A stretch of 64,000 nt of DNA from Hyaloraphidium curvatum SAG 235-1 (Eukaryota; Fungi; Monoblepharomycota): the NCBI GenBank assembly GCA_025558095.1, contig JAIVFI010000005.1, forward strand, positions 558,001 to 622,000, given 5' to 3'. The position numbers and the translations under genes are program-made. The notes beneath the pieces are model-generated. The model did not search any database. It was not told the DNA's origin and worked only from the letters and a program-made list of their open reading frames with translations. This document shows, piece by piece, positions 48,501-58,892 of the stretch (the stretch's first letter is position 1; each line of letters starts with the position of its first letter).

Positions 48501-49629
48501 GGTGGTGGCGGCCATGGTGAACGCGGTGGTCTACTCGATCGAGATCGACGAGCGCCGCGCGAGGGGGGAGGACGTTAAGACGGTGCTGGACGAGGAGAGG
48601 GAGCGCGAGGCGGCCGAGCGCCGCAGGGAGGCCGAGAAGGAGAAGCGCAGGCTGCAGAGGATCAAGGCCAAGGCCAAGCAAGCTGGCGAGGCGGCCGGTG
48701 CCAAGCGCAGGATCGAGGGGCCGCTGCCGCCGGCCAAGCGGGGCAGGCCGCCCAACAACTACGGGCCCATGCCGCCCGCGGGGAGCTTCGGCCCGCCCCC
48801 GGGCATGTACCCGGGCTACCACCTGCCGTACGGGTACCCCATGCCCGCTGGATTCCCCATGCATGCGCCGGGGATGCCGCCCGTGCCCGGCGTGCCCGGC
48901 GTCGCGGGCATGGCGATGCCGCTGCCGCAGGGCATGCCCGGATCGGGGATCCCGCCCCCCATGTACCCCAACGCGTACAACGGGCCCGGGGTGCCGATGC
49001 CGGCGCAGATGCAGGCGCCCGCCGCGTCGGCTGCGAGCCAGCTGCAGGCCGGGGACCCGCTCGAGGGGCTGCCGTTCCTCAAGGACCCGTCGGTCAAGCT
49101 GTCGAACGCGGACATGGACCTCATGCGGGACTTTTTGCGGGGCAGGTTTGGTGGGTCCTTTTCCGCGGGCTTGCAGCGGCACGGCGCTGACGACTCGGCA
49201 GCGGCGATCGGCGGAGCCGGCCAGTCGGACACGCGCACCGTCACCCTCGCGTCCTTCCTTGTGCCCGAGCCGGGCTGCGACCCGCCGCGTTCGCGCTGGA
49301 TCAAGGAAACCGTCGAGTTCGAGATGTCCTTCTCGACGGGCATGTGGAGGCGCAGCAGGAAGAAGCGCCGCGGCATCACGCTGGAGCAGGCCATGACGAT
49401 GGGGCTCGAGATGCGCGAGCACGGCGAGGGGGCGCTGTCGGAGGGGCTGCCGCCGCACGGGCCGCCCGAGACGCGTGGGGCGAGCGCCGAGCCGCACCAC
49501 CATGCTGCCGCTGCGGCGGGGCCTCCGTCCGACGTGCCGACGCCAGCGGCCGACGGGCTTTCGCCCTTGCCGGCGAATGATATGGCTGCGGAGCCAGCTG
49601 CGGGTTTCGCTGGTGCGGATCAGAGCTAG
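45520..49629 (+). CDS. NELF-A-like protein with N-terminal RD/RS-rich and EPRY-repeat extension
   Basis: Intron 47014-47073 joins two long ORFs. Collinear blocks resemble recalled human NELF-A, strongest at the C-terminus (KLSNADMDLMRDFLRG...ETVEFEMSFSTGMWRRSRK). Confidence 0.6.
46186..46480 (+). repeat. Coding pentapeptide repeat array (D/G/N/S)EPR(Y/F)
   Basis: YGEPRR DEPRY GDRRH SEPRY DEPRY AERRY DDRRY NEPRQ NEPKY GEPRF. Confidence 0.8.
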
Positions 49630-49785
49630 GCGACGATGGACCCGCAATATACAGGGAAAGCGGACAAATACCAGATGCCCTTGTCTCCACACGCACTCAC
49701 TCTTTTCCAAGAGGTGCAAATGCTGCTACCGATTACCATTCCCTGTGGACGGTTCAATTTGGTGCCTCTCGACAAAATCGTAAAC

Positions 49786-50421
49786 TCAATAGGTTTGACC
49801 ACTGCGTATCCACCTCTCGATTGCGTTCTCCAATCTCGCATAATGCGGGTTAAGCTGTTCGACCACCCATTGGTGGGCCCAACCTAATCGATTTTTCACA
49901 TCGATCAAAGCTCTCTGCAAACTTTCCTTATGGACGTGCCAGTGTAGCACAAGGTCCCCAGCTTGGCAAACGTAGCTCGCTGTGCCCAAGAAACTCTTAA
50001 CAGCCGCAATGTGACCCAGATCCGGCAAATTGCTCGCGCCGGCATCATTTGCGGCATTCACTGTCAAACAAAATGCGTCCGCAGCATCTTGGAGTAAACT
50101 TTGGGCTCTTCGCACGCCTTGCCAACTGCCAGGATGGCTGCTCAGCTTGTGTCCACATGCTGTGCAACGAGAAGAGTCGTAGACAGTGTTGCTTTCCCCC
50201 CTAAAGGATGCACAAAAGCAGTCTTCGGTGTCGGCGTGTATGGCAGGCCGAGGAATTTGGCTCTGCGGGACAGGCCGCGGACCAGGCTCCGGAGCAGGCT
50301 TTGGAGCTGACAGCGCGTACGGGTTGCTGGAGGAACCAGTTTGCGCGTACGAGTTGGTGGAGAAAGACGATTGTTTGTACGGATTTGTGGCGGTCGTCTG
50401 CGTGTACGGGTTTGATGCCAT
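49786..50421 (-). CDS. Hypothetical protein with NPY repeats and a CxC...CxxCxH...H putative zinc site, in a lower-GC segment
   Basis: 211-aa ORF MASNPY..TNPY..TNSY..SNPY; CFCASF...RCTACGHKLSSH. Confidence 0.5.
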   Translation of the reverse strand: MASNPYTQTTATNPYKQSSFSTNSYAQTGSSSNPYALSAPKPAPEPGPRPVPQSQIPRPAIHADTEDCFCASFRGESNTVYDSSRCTACGHKLSSHPGSWQGVRRAQSLLQDAADAFCLTVNAANDAGASNLPDLGHIAAVKSFLGTASYVCQAGDLVLHWHVHKESLQRALIDVKNRLGWAHQWVVEQLNPHYARLENAIERWIRSGQTY

Positions 50422-50673
50422 AGTGCGGACGACTGAGGTTGGCGGCCAGCGGGAGACGAGGGAGGGGCGGTCACGCGACTTCTATTTCATTTCCCGTGCA
50501 CGTCCCTTGTTTCCCGCCCTCCAAAGGATCGCGAAAGACTTGGTCTGGGCAGTGGTGGAACTGCACTGCTCCGCCCGCTGCCCACCCCCCTGCCCACTCC
50601 CCTGCAGTCCGCAAGTGGGGCAGAGGAAGCTTCACGACCTTTTGTTCCCAACTACCAGCAATTGCTAAACGGC

Positions 50674-51584
50674 ATGTCGTACGTTGACCAAATGGGTTCT
50701 GTGTGGTTTTGGAAGGCGCCTGGACTACCAAAAGGCTGCGGGAGGCTCTTCATACTACCCAAGGGCACCTTCTTCTTGTTCAATCGTTTCTGTTGCGGGC
50801 GCCAGTGGATGACTTCATTTGGCCAGAAAGTTTCTTTCTGCTCATTGTGCGTCCACCACTCGATTCAAATGGATCTGAAGCGTACATGATTGAAAAACAA
50901 GGATGCAATAAGCCTTTCAGGGCACCTGACAATAGCACTTTTCGTTGCGGGTTTGCAAACGATTTCGACGTGTGGTGGGACGCAAATCACAAGCGCTTTT
51001 GTTCGAAGTGTGCACCTGAATTTGGTCAATTCCGTTCCGCTGGTCTACTTGGTCACTTCGGTTCCAATCAGTGGGTATGGGGGTGTGGTAAAGTATGCTA
51101 CGAAAGGAATTGCGATGGCATTTTTGTTGAAGTCACATGTGGGAACTTCCTCGAAGGAAAACTTGTGCTCCATCAATCGTGTCACTTTGAACACTATATG
51201 CGGGAGCAAAACGCTAAGCAAGAACAGGAACGCAGACTAAATGCCATGAAGCAGATGGAAGCTCAGAAACTAATTGCCAGGAAGCGGATAGAAGCTCAGG
51301 AAGATGCCGACGGCCTGAGGAACTATACGCTTTTTGCGCAAGCGGTCAAGTCAGGCATTGGACCTTCCCCCATCACCGCACGGAGGGCAAACAGCCGCCC
51401 CGATACCCACATGGTACTTCAACCAGCTACAGGTCCTAGTTTTGTCGTCGAAAACCGCGCATACTCAGAAGTTAAGAGCTTTTTGCTGAGGCATGGCTAC
51501 GAGAATACAACTACTAACCCAGATGTCTGGGTCCGATATATGTTGGTAGCTGCATGGCGTGCGTTACGTTTGGCAGGCTTCTAA
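50674..51584 (+). CDS. Hypothetical Cys-rich protein (GC-x-x...CG modules plus coiled coil) in a lower-GC segment; boundaries uncertain
   Basis: ORF 50703-51584 with QGCNKPF..FRCG, CSKC and WGCGKV..VTCG. A similar module (KGCGRLF..FCCG) lies in another frame upstream. Confidence 0.4.
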
Positions 51585-51735
51585 CGGCTTGTGTTTGCAG
51601 TGCACCATAACTGACTTTTGTCTTTCACGCACTCTCTTTTTCCAAGACGTACAAATCCCAGTTCACCGATTTTCCAGCGCCGTTCCTCCCCAGTCCCGCG
51701 CCCACGTGCGAGCCCAATTCCGTACGATTCCGCTT

Positions 51736-54171
51736 TCACCTCTTGCTCTTCCTGTATTCTATCAGCCGCTCCAGGACTTCGCCCTCGACCTTTGCCTCGG
51801 CGCCCTCCAGCCACGGATGCCTCGCCAGCTCGGCCGGCTTGGCCCTCTTGCTCGGGTCCTTGTCCAGGCAGCGCGAGAGGAACAACCGCAGGTCCGGCGA
51901 CGCCTCGTGCGAATCCGGGATCGACGGCGCGGGCCCGTTGACGATCGCGTCCAGCAGATCGAACACGCTCGGCGGCTCGGGCACGCGGTCGACGGTGAGC
52001 TTGGGGGGCGGCGGCGGCGGGCGGGGCTCCACGGCGGGGAGGAAGTCGGCCGAGGTGCCGGCGAGCAGCGACGCCGTCGACGAGGAAAAGTCCGTCCCGA
52101 GCGAGACCACGGATCCCAAGCTGGACATGGTCTCGGAGCGCGTGCCTATCCCCGCGCGGGTGCCGTACGAAGGCGAGGCGGGGGAAGCCTCGGCGCTCGA
52201 GGCCGTGCGGCCGCCGGCGCTGTGCGCCTCCTGCTCCTCCTCCAGCATCCGCTCCCGCGCGCGGCGCTCCAGGTCGTACGGGTGCTTGCCCGAGATGAGC
52301 TCCACGGCCATGACGCCGAGGGACCACACGTCGGCCTGGACCGAGTAGCCCTGGCCGGGTGCGGGCGGGTTGATCCGCTCGGGCTGGAATCGAAGTCGTC
52401 AGATCTCGATCCGCGATTGAAGGGCTTCGACGAAGAAACTCACCGACATGTAGACCCCGGTGCCGACAAAAGATTGGGCGTAGCCCTCGTCGCCCAGCGT
52501 TCCCAGCTCGCCCAGGTCCGCCAGCTTCACCTGCCCCTTGGAGTTGAGCAGCACGTTGGCCGGCTTGATATCTGTGCGAGAGCCCCCTCGATCATCAGCC
52601 TCAGAAAGGAAGACGATCGTCCGGGGACACGCACCCCTGTGCACGGCCCTGAACCCCTCATAGAGGTATTCCATCGCCCCCACGACGGCTTTGACCACCT
52701 CCCTCACGAACCCCTCCTCCACCGTCCCGTCCGCCCTCCTCAGTGCGGGCATAAGCTCCTCCACGTTGCCGAGGTCCATGAACTCGAGGCATATCGAGGC
52801 CTCGGCAAAGGACAGCGTCGTGTCGGGCTGCTGGGAGATGAAGCAGCCGAAGAAGCCGATGAGGTAGGGCGAGGCGTTGAGGGAGAGGATGAGCATGGCG
52901 CGGTGCATGTGGCGGAGGGAGCGGGGGCGGTTGAGGTCGAGTGCGACGACCTGTGGGTGGATAGGTGGATAGGGAGTCAGCACCACTCAACGCCGAACCC
53001 CCATCCTACGACCCACCTTGCGCGCCATCAGCATGCCCGACGGCTTGTGCCGCACCAGCGTCACGACGCCCGAGTTTCCGTACCCCAGGCTGCGCACCGT
53101 CTCCAGGTCCACCTCGGCGATCCCCATCGCGTTGGGCACAGGGAAGTTGTGCGGGTCGTACGTGCCCGGGGCGAACGTCGGCTGGTCCTTGAGCGGGATC
53201 AGCAGCTTCTTGTCCGCCATGGATTTGCGCCTGCGGGCCTGGGTCGAGGCCGTGCGCCGCACCGTGCCGGTCGTGTTGCTCCGCGGGACCGAGGACCGCA
53301 CGGATTCCGAGTAGGTCGTCGCCAGCGACTTTTCGTCGTCGCTGTCGCCGAACGAGTTGTAGCCCTCGCCATCGGGTGCGGATGCCGGCACTTCGGCTGG
53401 CGAAGGCGAGGGCGGGGAGCTCCCCGAGCCCGCGGGCGGCCCGAGGTCCGACCCGACCTTCAGAGCCAGCCCGGGGCCCTTCTTGCCCCCCAGCTTCAGT
53501 CCTTTGATCCCGTTGGCCGCTAGCGCCGTGGGGCTCGCGGCCCCGGAGGAGGGAGTGTGCACGTTCCTCGCGATCCGCAGCGGGGTGATTGCGGGGGACA
53601 ACTTGCGGCGCAGGTGTTTGCCCCCGGGCGAGGAATCCGGGGCCGGCGACGATGTCGGCGAGGCATCCTCCGAGTCTTCGTTGGAGGACATCGAGGTGGA
53701 AGGGCGGCCGGGCGGCGTGGAGGCGGTGGGGAGGGAGAGTGTTGCCGGCCGGTTCGAGCGGGCGAATCGCGGCGAGGGGATGGGGGACGGGCGGGCGTCC
53801 GAGGCGTCGGACGACGCGGGGCCGCCATCCGAGGGCGTTGCCGACAGGCCGGCCGACGAGGCGTTGGGCGACGGGTCCGAGGGCAGCTCGGCGGGCTCCG
53901 CGTCCTCGCCGTGGCTCGCGCCGCCGGCATCCTCCGCGAACGAGACCTTGTTGACGGAGATGCGCGGGCGGCCGTTGCGGCGCGCCGGCTGCGCCGGAGG
54001 AGGCGGCGGCGGCAGAGCGGCGGACTGCTCCCCGTCGGCGCCCTCAGCGAGCTTGGCCGCGTAGTATTTCCGCAGCTCCTCCTTCGTCGGCGGCGGCGCG
54101 AGGGCGCGCCCGCGCCGCGGCACAGGCGACCGCGTAGGCCGCGCAGCGTCGGCGGTGCCGTCCGACGGCAT
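51736..54171 (-). CDS. MAP kinase kinase (STE7/MEK family) with atypical alphaC and DFG motifs
   Basis: LGYGNSGVVTLVRHKPSGMLMARK, ICLEFMD, HRDIKPANVL, VKLADLG, SFVGTGVYMSPERI, YSVQADVWSLG. Three introns and a long disordered N-terminus. Confidence 0.88.
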
Positions 54172-54768
54172 TTCACGGCATCGGGGAGTGGGAGAGGGGG
54201 TTCAGGGCTCTCCTGTTTCGGCAGCGGGCCGCCGTGACCCGATGCGTTGGCATCTGGCAACTCGTCCCCCGGCCCGTTCCCAGGGAAACTCCGTTCAAGA
54301 CCGCGGGAAAATCCCTGCCGACTGAATGCATTTCATTGGTCATGTTGCGGGCCTGGAAGATTGGTTTCGAAGGGAAAGCAGAAGAGGTGGCTTCCCAATC
54401 TCCGCCCTTCTAGCCCATTCCCAGAGACTCTGCGAGAAGATCCGCCAGAGCTGTTCGCTCCACTTCTCTCCCAGGCTTTGCGCCATCTCTTTTTCAGCAG
54501 GTGTCATTGTGCCCGCGAGCCCCGGAATCGGGAACTGTCACATGATGTTCGGTTCGAGACCCCAAACCCGCCAACAGTCAGCACATTTCAAAGGAGGAAG
54601 AGCAGGGGCTGGAGAAGAATCGAATGTTGCTTGACTGGCTCTGTTAATCAAAGATTGGGAGGCCTGGCGTGACACATTTTTGGGATGTTCAGCCTCGGGT
54701 CGCTCCCCAGCCACCACCGGCAGGCATCGCTCTGACTCCGCCAACAATCCCGACGGTGCGTTCGGGGC

Positions 54769-55869
54769 ATGCTCGACAAGCCTGGTCCCGGCGCCGTGGG
54801 AGCTGCCTGCGCCCTGCTCGTGCTGGGGACCCTCGCGCTCGCGCCGCTGTCTTCCTTCCCCCCGGGCCGTGCTGCGGCACATGAGGGCCCGCGCGGCGAC
54901 TCATGCGGGTGCCCCTACATGGTGCCCTTGCCCGAGGGCACAAGTCCCTCGATGCACGTGAACTCCACCGACATGAGCCACGTGAGGACGGCCAACATGT
55001 TCCAGGGCCTCGCGGCCGCGATCCGGGTCGCGCATGCCTGCAAGGTCACGCTCAAGTTTCCCGACGAGGACGACAGGTTCAGAGCCTTTGTTCCGCCGCC
55101 GGGATCCTCTTTCCTCGATTTCTCGAAGCGCAGGGGGCCGAGGCACCCCGATTGCGACGACGATCGCTACGGGGCGCGGCTCAAGGACATCGCCGCGCCC
55201 TTCCGGGATCTGCCCCGCCTGCCCGGCGACACGCCCCTCGGCAAGGTTTTCTACGAGGTGTACGATCCAGAGACAACGGTGCAGCAGGAGTGCCTGCGCA
55301 AGTATCTCGGGTACTGCGAGCCGGGATTCTGCGCGCCGTTCGCGGACTGGGACGACACGCTCGTGGCACACATCCGCCAAGGTGACCTCTTTGACCGGAA
55401 GGGGTGGATACACCCCTACTACGGGCAGCCACCCCTCGCCGGCTTGCTCGCCGCGCTCGCGTGGCGGGACTTTTCCAGGCTGGTGCTGGTGGCCGAGGAC
55501 ACGCCGCACATGAGCCCCGTTTTCCGCGTGCTGAAGATGATGCGCAAGTACCGGGCATTGAAGGTCCCCGTCGAGCTGGCCCCTGGAAACTGGTCAGACC
55601 ATCTCAGGACCTTGGTCTGCGCGCCGAACCTGCTCTTCGGCTTCTCCACCCTCAACTTCCTCCTCAAGTCGGTCCCGAGGAAGCTCACGTTTGCAGTCAA
55701 GAACTGCTTCCGGCCCCTGCCGGGGGGCCAGGTCGTGCTGATCCGGCCCAACAACACCTACCTGCCGTACCGAAGGCACGACAACAGCAGTGACGTGTGG
55801 CTGGCAATGCTGCTCGAGGACGTCGGAGGGGCGCAGCGCTGCACCGAGGACACCGGGTCGTGGAGGTAG
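54769..55869 (+). CDS. Type II membrane putative glycosyltransferase (GT11/alpha-1,2-fucosyltransferase-like GT-B fold), intronless
   Basis: N-terminal TM anchor; RTANMFQGL, LVAHIRQGD (HxRxGD), HPYYGQPPL, LVAED, DHLRTLVCAPNLLFGFSTL. Confidence 0.55.
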   Translation: MLDKPGPGAVGAACALLVLGTLALAPLSSFPPGRAAAHEGPRGDSCGCPYMVPLPEGTSPSMHVNSTDMSHVRTANMFQGLAAAIRVAHACKVTLKFPDEDDRFRAFVPPPGSSFLDFSKRRGPRHPDCDDDRYGARLKDIAAPFRDLPRLPGDTPLGKVFYEVYDPETTVQQECLRKYLGYCEPGFCAPFADWDDTLVAHIRQGDLFDRKGWIHPYYGQPPLAGLLAALAWRDFSRLVLVAEDTPHMSPVFRVLKMMRKYRALKVPVELAPGNWSDHLRTLVCAPNLLFGFSTLNFLLKSVPRKLTFAVKNCFRPLPGGQVVLIRPNNTYLPYRRHDNSSDVWLAMLLEDVGGAQRCTEDTGSWR

Positions 55870-56007
55870 TCAGTCCTGCAGCCGGTCCTGCACTGACTGG
55901 AGTGTCTTGCTCCCGATCCGCTCTGCGATCGAGCATTACCGTGACTTTTGCGCCCGGCGGGTTTCTTTCTGCTTCCAACTGGCCTTTTCAGGAAATTAGC
56001 GAATTGA

Positions 56008-56121
56008 TGTCTGCCTCCACCAACGGTCCTGCCGCGGTCGGGCATCAAAAGCTGGTCCCGGCGTAGTGGCAGCTGTTTTACCCCGCTATGCACTCTGCTC
56101 GTGCTGGGGACCCTCGCGCTA
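56008..56121 (+). pseudogene. Diverged relic copy of the 5' end of the upstream glycosyltransferase-like gene (54730-54840)
   Basis: Exact 26-mer ctgctcgtgctggggaccctcgcgct shared, plus upstream similarity (ctggtcccggcg, tctg.ctcc.ccaac). In-frame stop. Confidence 0.7.
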
Positions 56122-56191
56122 CTCTATCGCTCCGAAGTTCAATATCACTACATACATTCAGCAGATCCAGCAGGTCACCCAACCAGCCGCT

Positions 56192-56527
56192 CTACCGCTT
56201 CTTTGCCGTCGTCAACCTTCGCTTGGTCTAAGTCTTCTTCACCGTCCTTTTGGTCGTCGTCTTGCGCTTCGTGGTCGTCTTTATTGTGGTACAGCGCGAC
56301 GCGGCCCTCGTCGAGTAAACGAGCACTCGAACGTCGTAAGGACCTTGGTGGGCGCGATCAGGGCGCCTGCGGCAAACGGCCGGTGCGTGAGATGGACCAT
56401 GGCGGCGATGGCGAAAGTTGCCCCCAAGGTTCGGCGACAGGGCGCGGGGGCCGACGAGAGGCGCAGAATGGCCCGGCACGGCCACGGCGGCTGTGGCGAG
56501 TAGCGCGAGCCGGGCGGCGGCGGCCAT
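56192..56527 (-). pseudogene. Internally deleted, frameshifted paralogue of the adjacent trypsin-like gene
   Basis: Signal peptide + LSPNLGG. Shifted frames give GALIAPTKVLTTFEC and EGRVALYHN (compare VLVSRNWVLTSAGC, GEKLALYHT), then a K/R/T tail with an internal stop. Confidence 0.65.
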
Positions 56528-56911
56528 TGTCGGCGTGGTGGGGGACGGCGGCTGGACGAGGCGTGGAATCTTCGTCGGCCCGGTCGGTCGGCGGGAACTT
56601 CTTCAAGCCTTCTAGATGACCCGTCAGCCGCTTTCGCCGCAGCCGCCCGCCTCGCCGCTTCCCACCCAGCTCGCCGGAGCCGGCCGGCCCGATGCCAGGG
56701 CGAGAGTTGGAGGTCAGCCTGTAGTCAAAAGGCTTCGCTTCAATGCGTCTCCATGTAATTGCACGCATTTGCCCGAGGTTTTCGCGAGCCGCACGGGGCC
56801 GAGAACGACGCCTGGCTGACTTGGAATGGTTTCGTCGAAAACTCTCCCCCAACAGCCATTCAAAAGGAATGGGATCAGCATCTGCCGCCGATCTCCAGAA
56901 CCGGCACGGCG

Positions 56912-57816
56912 ATGCTCCGCGCTGCCCTCCCCCTCGCGCTGGCCGCGCTCTGCGCCTTCCCCGCCCTCGCTGTCCCCACCCCGCACGGCATCGTGCCCAA
57001 CCTCGTCGGCGCCGCGACGGACGTCGCCGACCTGTCCGCATACCCGTTCGCCGTGCGGTTCCTCAGCCCCGACGGCGTGCTGTCGTCCTGCACCGGTGCG
57101 CCCGCGCGCCGCGCCCCCCTCGCCGAGACTGACCTCGAGTCCCAGGCGTGCTCGTCTCCCGGAATTGGGTCCTCACCTCCGCCGGCTGCGCCTACGGCAT
57201 GCTCCGCGGCGAGAAGCTGGCACTGTACCACACCGTGCGCAACGCGACGACGAAGGCGCAGGGCGGCACCCTCTACGCGGCGGGCCTCGTGGCCGTCGCG
57301 CGGCAAGGGGACATCGGCATGGTCGAGCTCGGGACCAAGATCTTTGATGGGGGCAAGTCGCTGGTGCCGGTGGCGTGGAACGGGGATCCGGGTGTCCCGG
57401 CGGCGGACACCGACGTGGATGTGCTTGGATTCGGCCTGACGAACCCTGCCCCTCCGATCGCCGGAAGCCCGGGCTCACGCGCCCACGACCCGCAACGCCT
57501 GCAGCTGTACCGCGCTAGGACCGCCCCCATCGCCAACTGCACCGTCAAGCCGCTTGCGGGCGGGATCGATGCCGCCACCTTGGACGCCTCGTTCGTCTGC
57601 GCCAAGTCGGTCGATGCCGCCGTGTGCGGCAGCGATCCCGGGGCGTTCGTGCTCGGAGCCATCGACGGGACACCGACGGTGCTGGGTCTGGCAGTGTTCG
57701 TCGACGGGTGCGAGAAGCCCTCGGCGGACTCGTTCTTCGTGCGGACGTCGCTCCGGGCCGGGTTCATCGACAACGTGCTGTCGGCTTCACGGCCACGACC
57801 AGCAGGAGGAGGATGA
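56912..57816 (+). CDS. Secreted trypsin-like (S1) protein lacking catalytic His and Ser
   Basis: Signal peptide, YPFAV, CTG|VLVSRNWVLTSAGC, DIGMVEL, VLGFG, VCA..., VCGSDPGAF. One intron at about 57096-57146. Confidence 0.8.
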
Positions 57817-57998
57817 GCACGAAGAGGAAAACGACGAGCAGGAGGAAGACGAGCACCAAGAAAATGACCGCGAAATCGACGGCCAGGAGGAGGTAGCCAG
57901 ACGGGGAGGGCAACGACCGATTGTAAGATAGCCACCTCGTGAAGAACGCAGCCCTCCTGGAGCAAGCCACGGCCCACCACCCGACTTTGGATGGAATC

Positions 57999-58892
57999 TC
58001 ACAGTCTGCTGCTGTCCACGACGTCGGCGGCCTTGTCCACGACGTCGGCGGCCTTGTCCACGACGTCGGCGGCCTTGTCCACGACGTCGGCGGCCTTGTC
58101 CACGACGTCGGCGGCCTTGTCCACGTGTTCGACAGCCTTGTGCGCCGCCTCCTCGACGTCGCGCTCCCACCTCCCCAGCGTGCGCCACAACCTCCTCCTT
58201 CCGACAGTCATGAAGCTCCTCTTCCCTCTTCTAGAAAACGCCAGCGCCACGACCACCTGCGCGAGCCCCGACGCGATCCCGAACACGTTGGGCAGCCAGA
58301 CGAATATCCTCCCCAGAAAGGCGCCGTACATGAGCCAGAAAGCGCAGTTGACGCACAGTCCCAGGGCCACGGGGATGTAGATCCCCGAGGCGTCGCGGTG
58401 CGAAATGGCATGCGGGAGGGAGGTCAGCGGGGCGAGGTCCATGGCGATCAGGATGACGGTGGAGGAGATCCCCAGGATGTGGTCCGAGAGTTCGGGGTCG
58501 ATCCGGAAGAACTGCACCATGCAGAGGGCGACGAGGAAGGCGGCGAGAAAGCCCGAAAGCGAGAGGAACAGCGCGAGGTAGGTGAACCTATCCTCGGCGG
58601 CGAACTTGAGGAGGACGACCGAGTAGAAGAGTCCCAAAGGAAACGCGAGCAGGTTCGGCACGCAGATCCACCAGTTCTCGAGAACGAGCCCGTATCCTAG
58701 GCCCACGAGCGAGGTGGGCACCATCATCAGCGAGAACGCCGGGTTCATGTGGGACGCGTCCTTCGTCCTTTGAATGTGCAGGACGCCGCGGAGGGGTGCG
58801 GCGTTTAGGGCAAACGCGAGCACGTTTCCGCAGAGCGGGGCGGCGATGGAGAAGAAGATTTGGCAGGCATTGTTGTCCGCAGCGCAGGGCAT
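57999..58892 (-). CDS. SWEET/MtN3 sugar transporter with C-terminal heptapeptide repeats
   Basis: Two MtN3 units: AAPL...MNP...YG..PN and LAPL...AISHRDASGI...NCAFWLMYG...WLPNVFG. Intronless. Confidence 0.9.
   Translation of the reverse strand: MPCAADNNACQIFFSIAAPLCGNVLAFALNAAPLRGVLHIQRTKDASHMNPAFSLMMVPTSLVGLGYGLVLENWWICVPNLLAFPLGLFYSVVLLKFAAEDRFTYLALFLSLSGFLAAFLVALCMVQFFRIDPELSDHILGISSTVILIAMDLAPLTSLPHAISHRDASGIYIPVALGLCVNCAFWLMYGAFLGRIFVWLPNVFGIASGLAQVVVALAFSRRGKRSFMTVGRRRLWRTLGRWERDVEEAAHKAVEHVDKAADVVDKAADVVDKAADVVDKAADVVDKAADVVDSSRL
58013..58125. repeat. 21-bp perfect tandem repeat, 5.4 copies (VDKAADV)
   Basis: tgtccacgacgtcggcggcct x5 plus a partial copy. Confidence 0.97.

Noticed and set aside
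46855-49719. 954-aa antisense ORF and many other long overlapping ORFs in the track (e.g. 9524-11584, 51559-53523, 7328-8947)
   Set aside because: Shadow frames of GC-rich, GC3-biased genes. Arg/Gly/Pro-rich with no motifs.
58013-58125. CRISPR-like array
   Set aside because: Units are contiguous with no spacers, in-frame coding, and the genome is eukaryotic.
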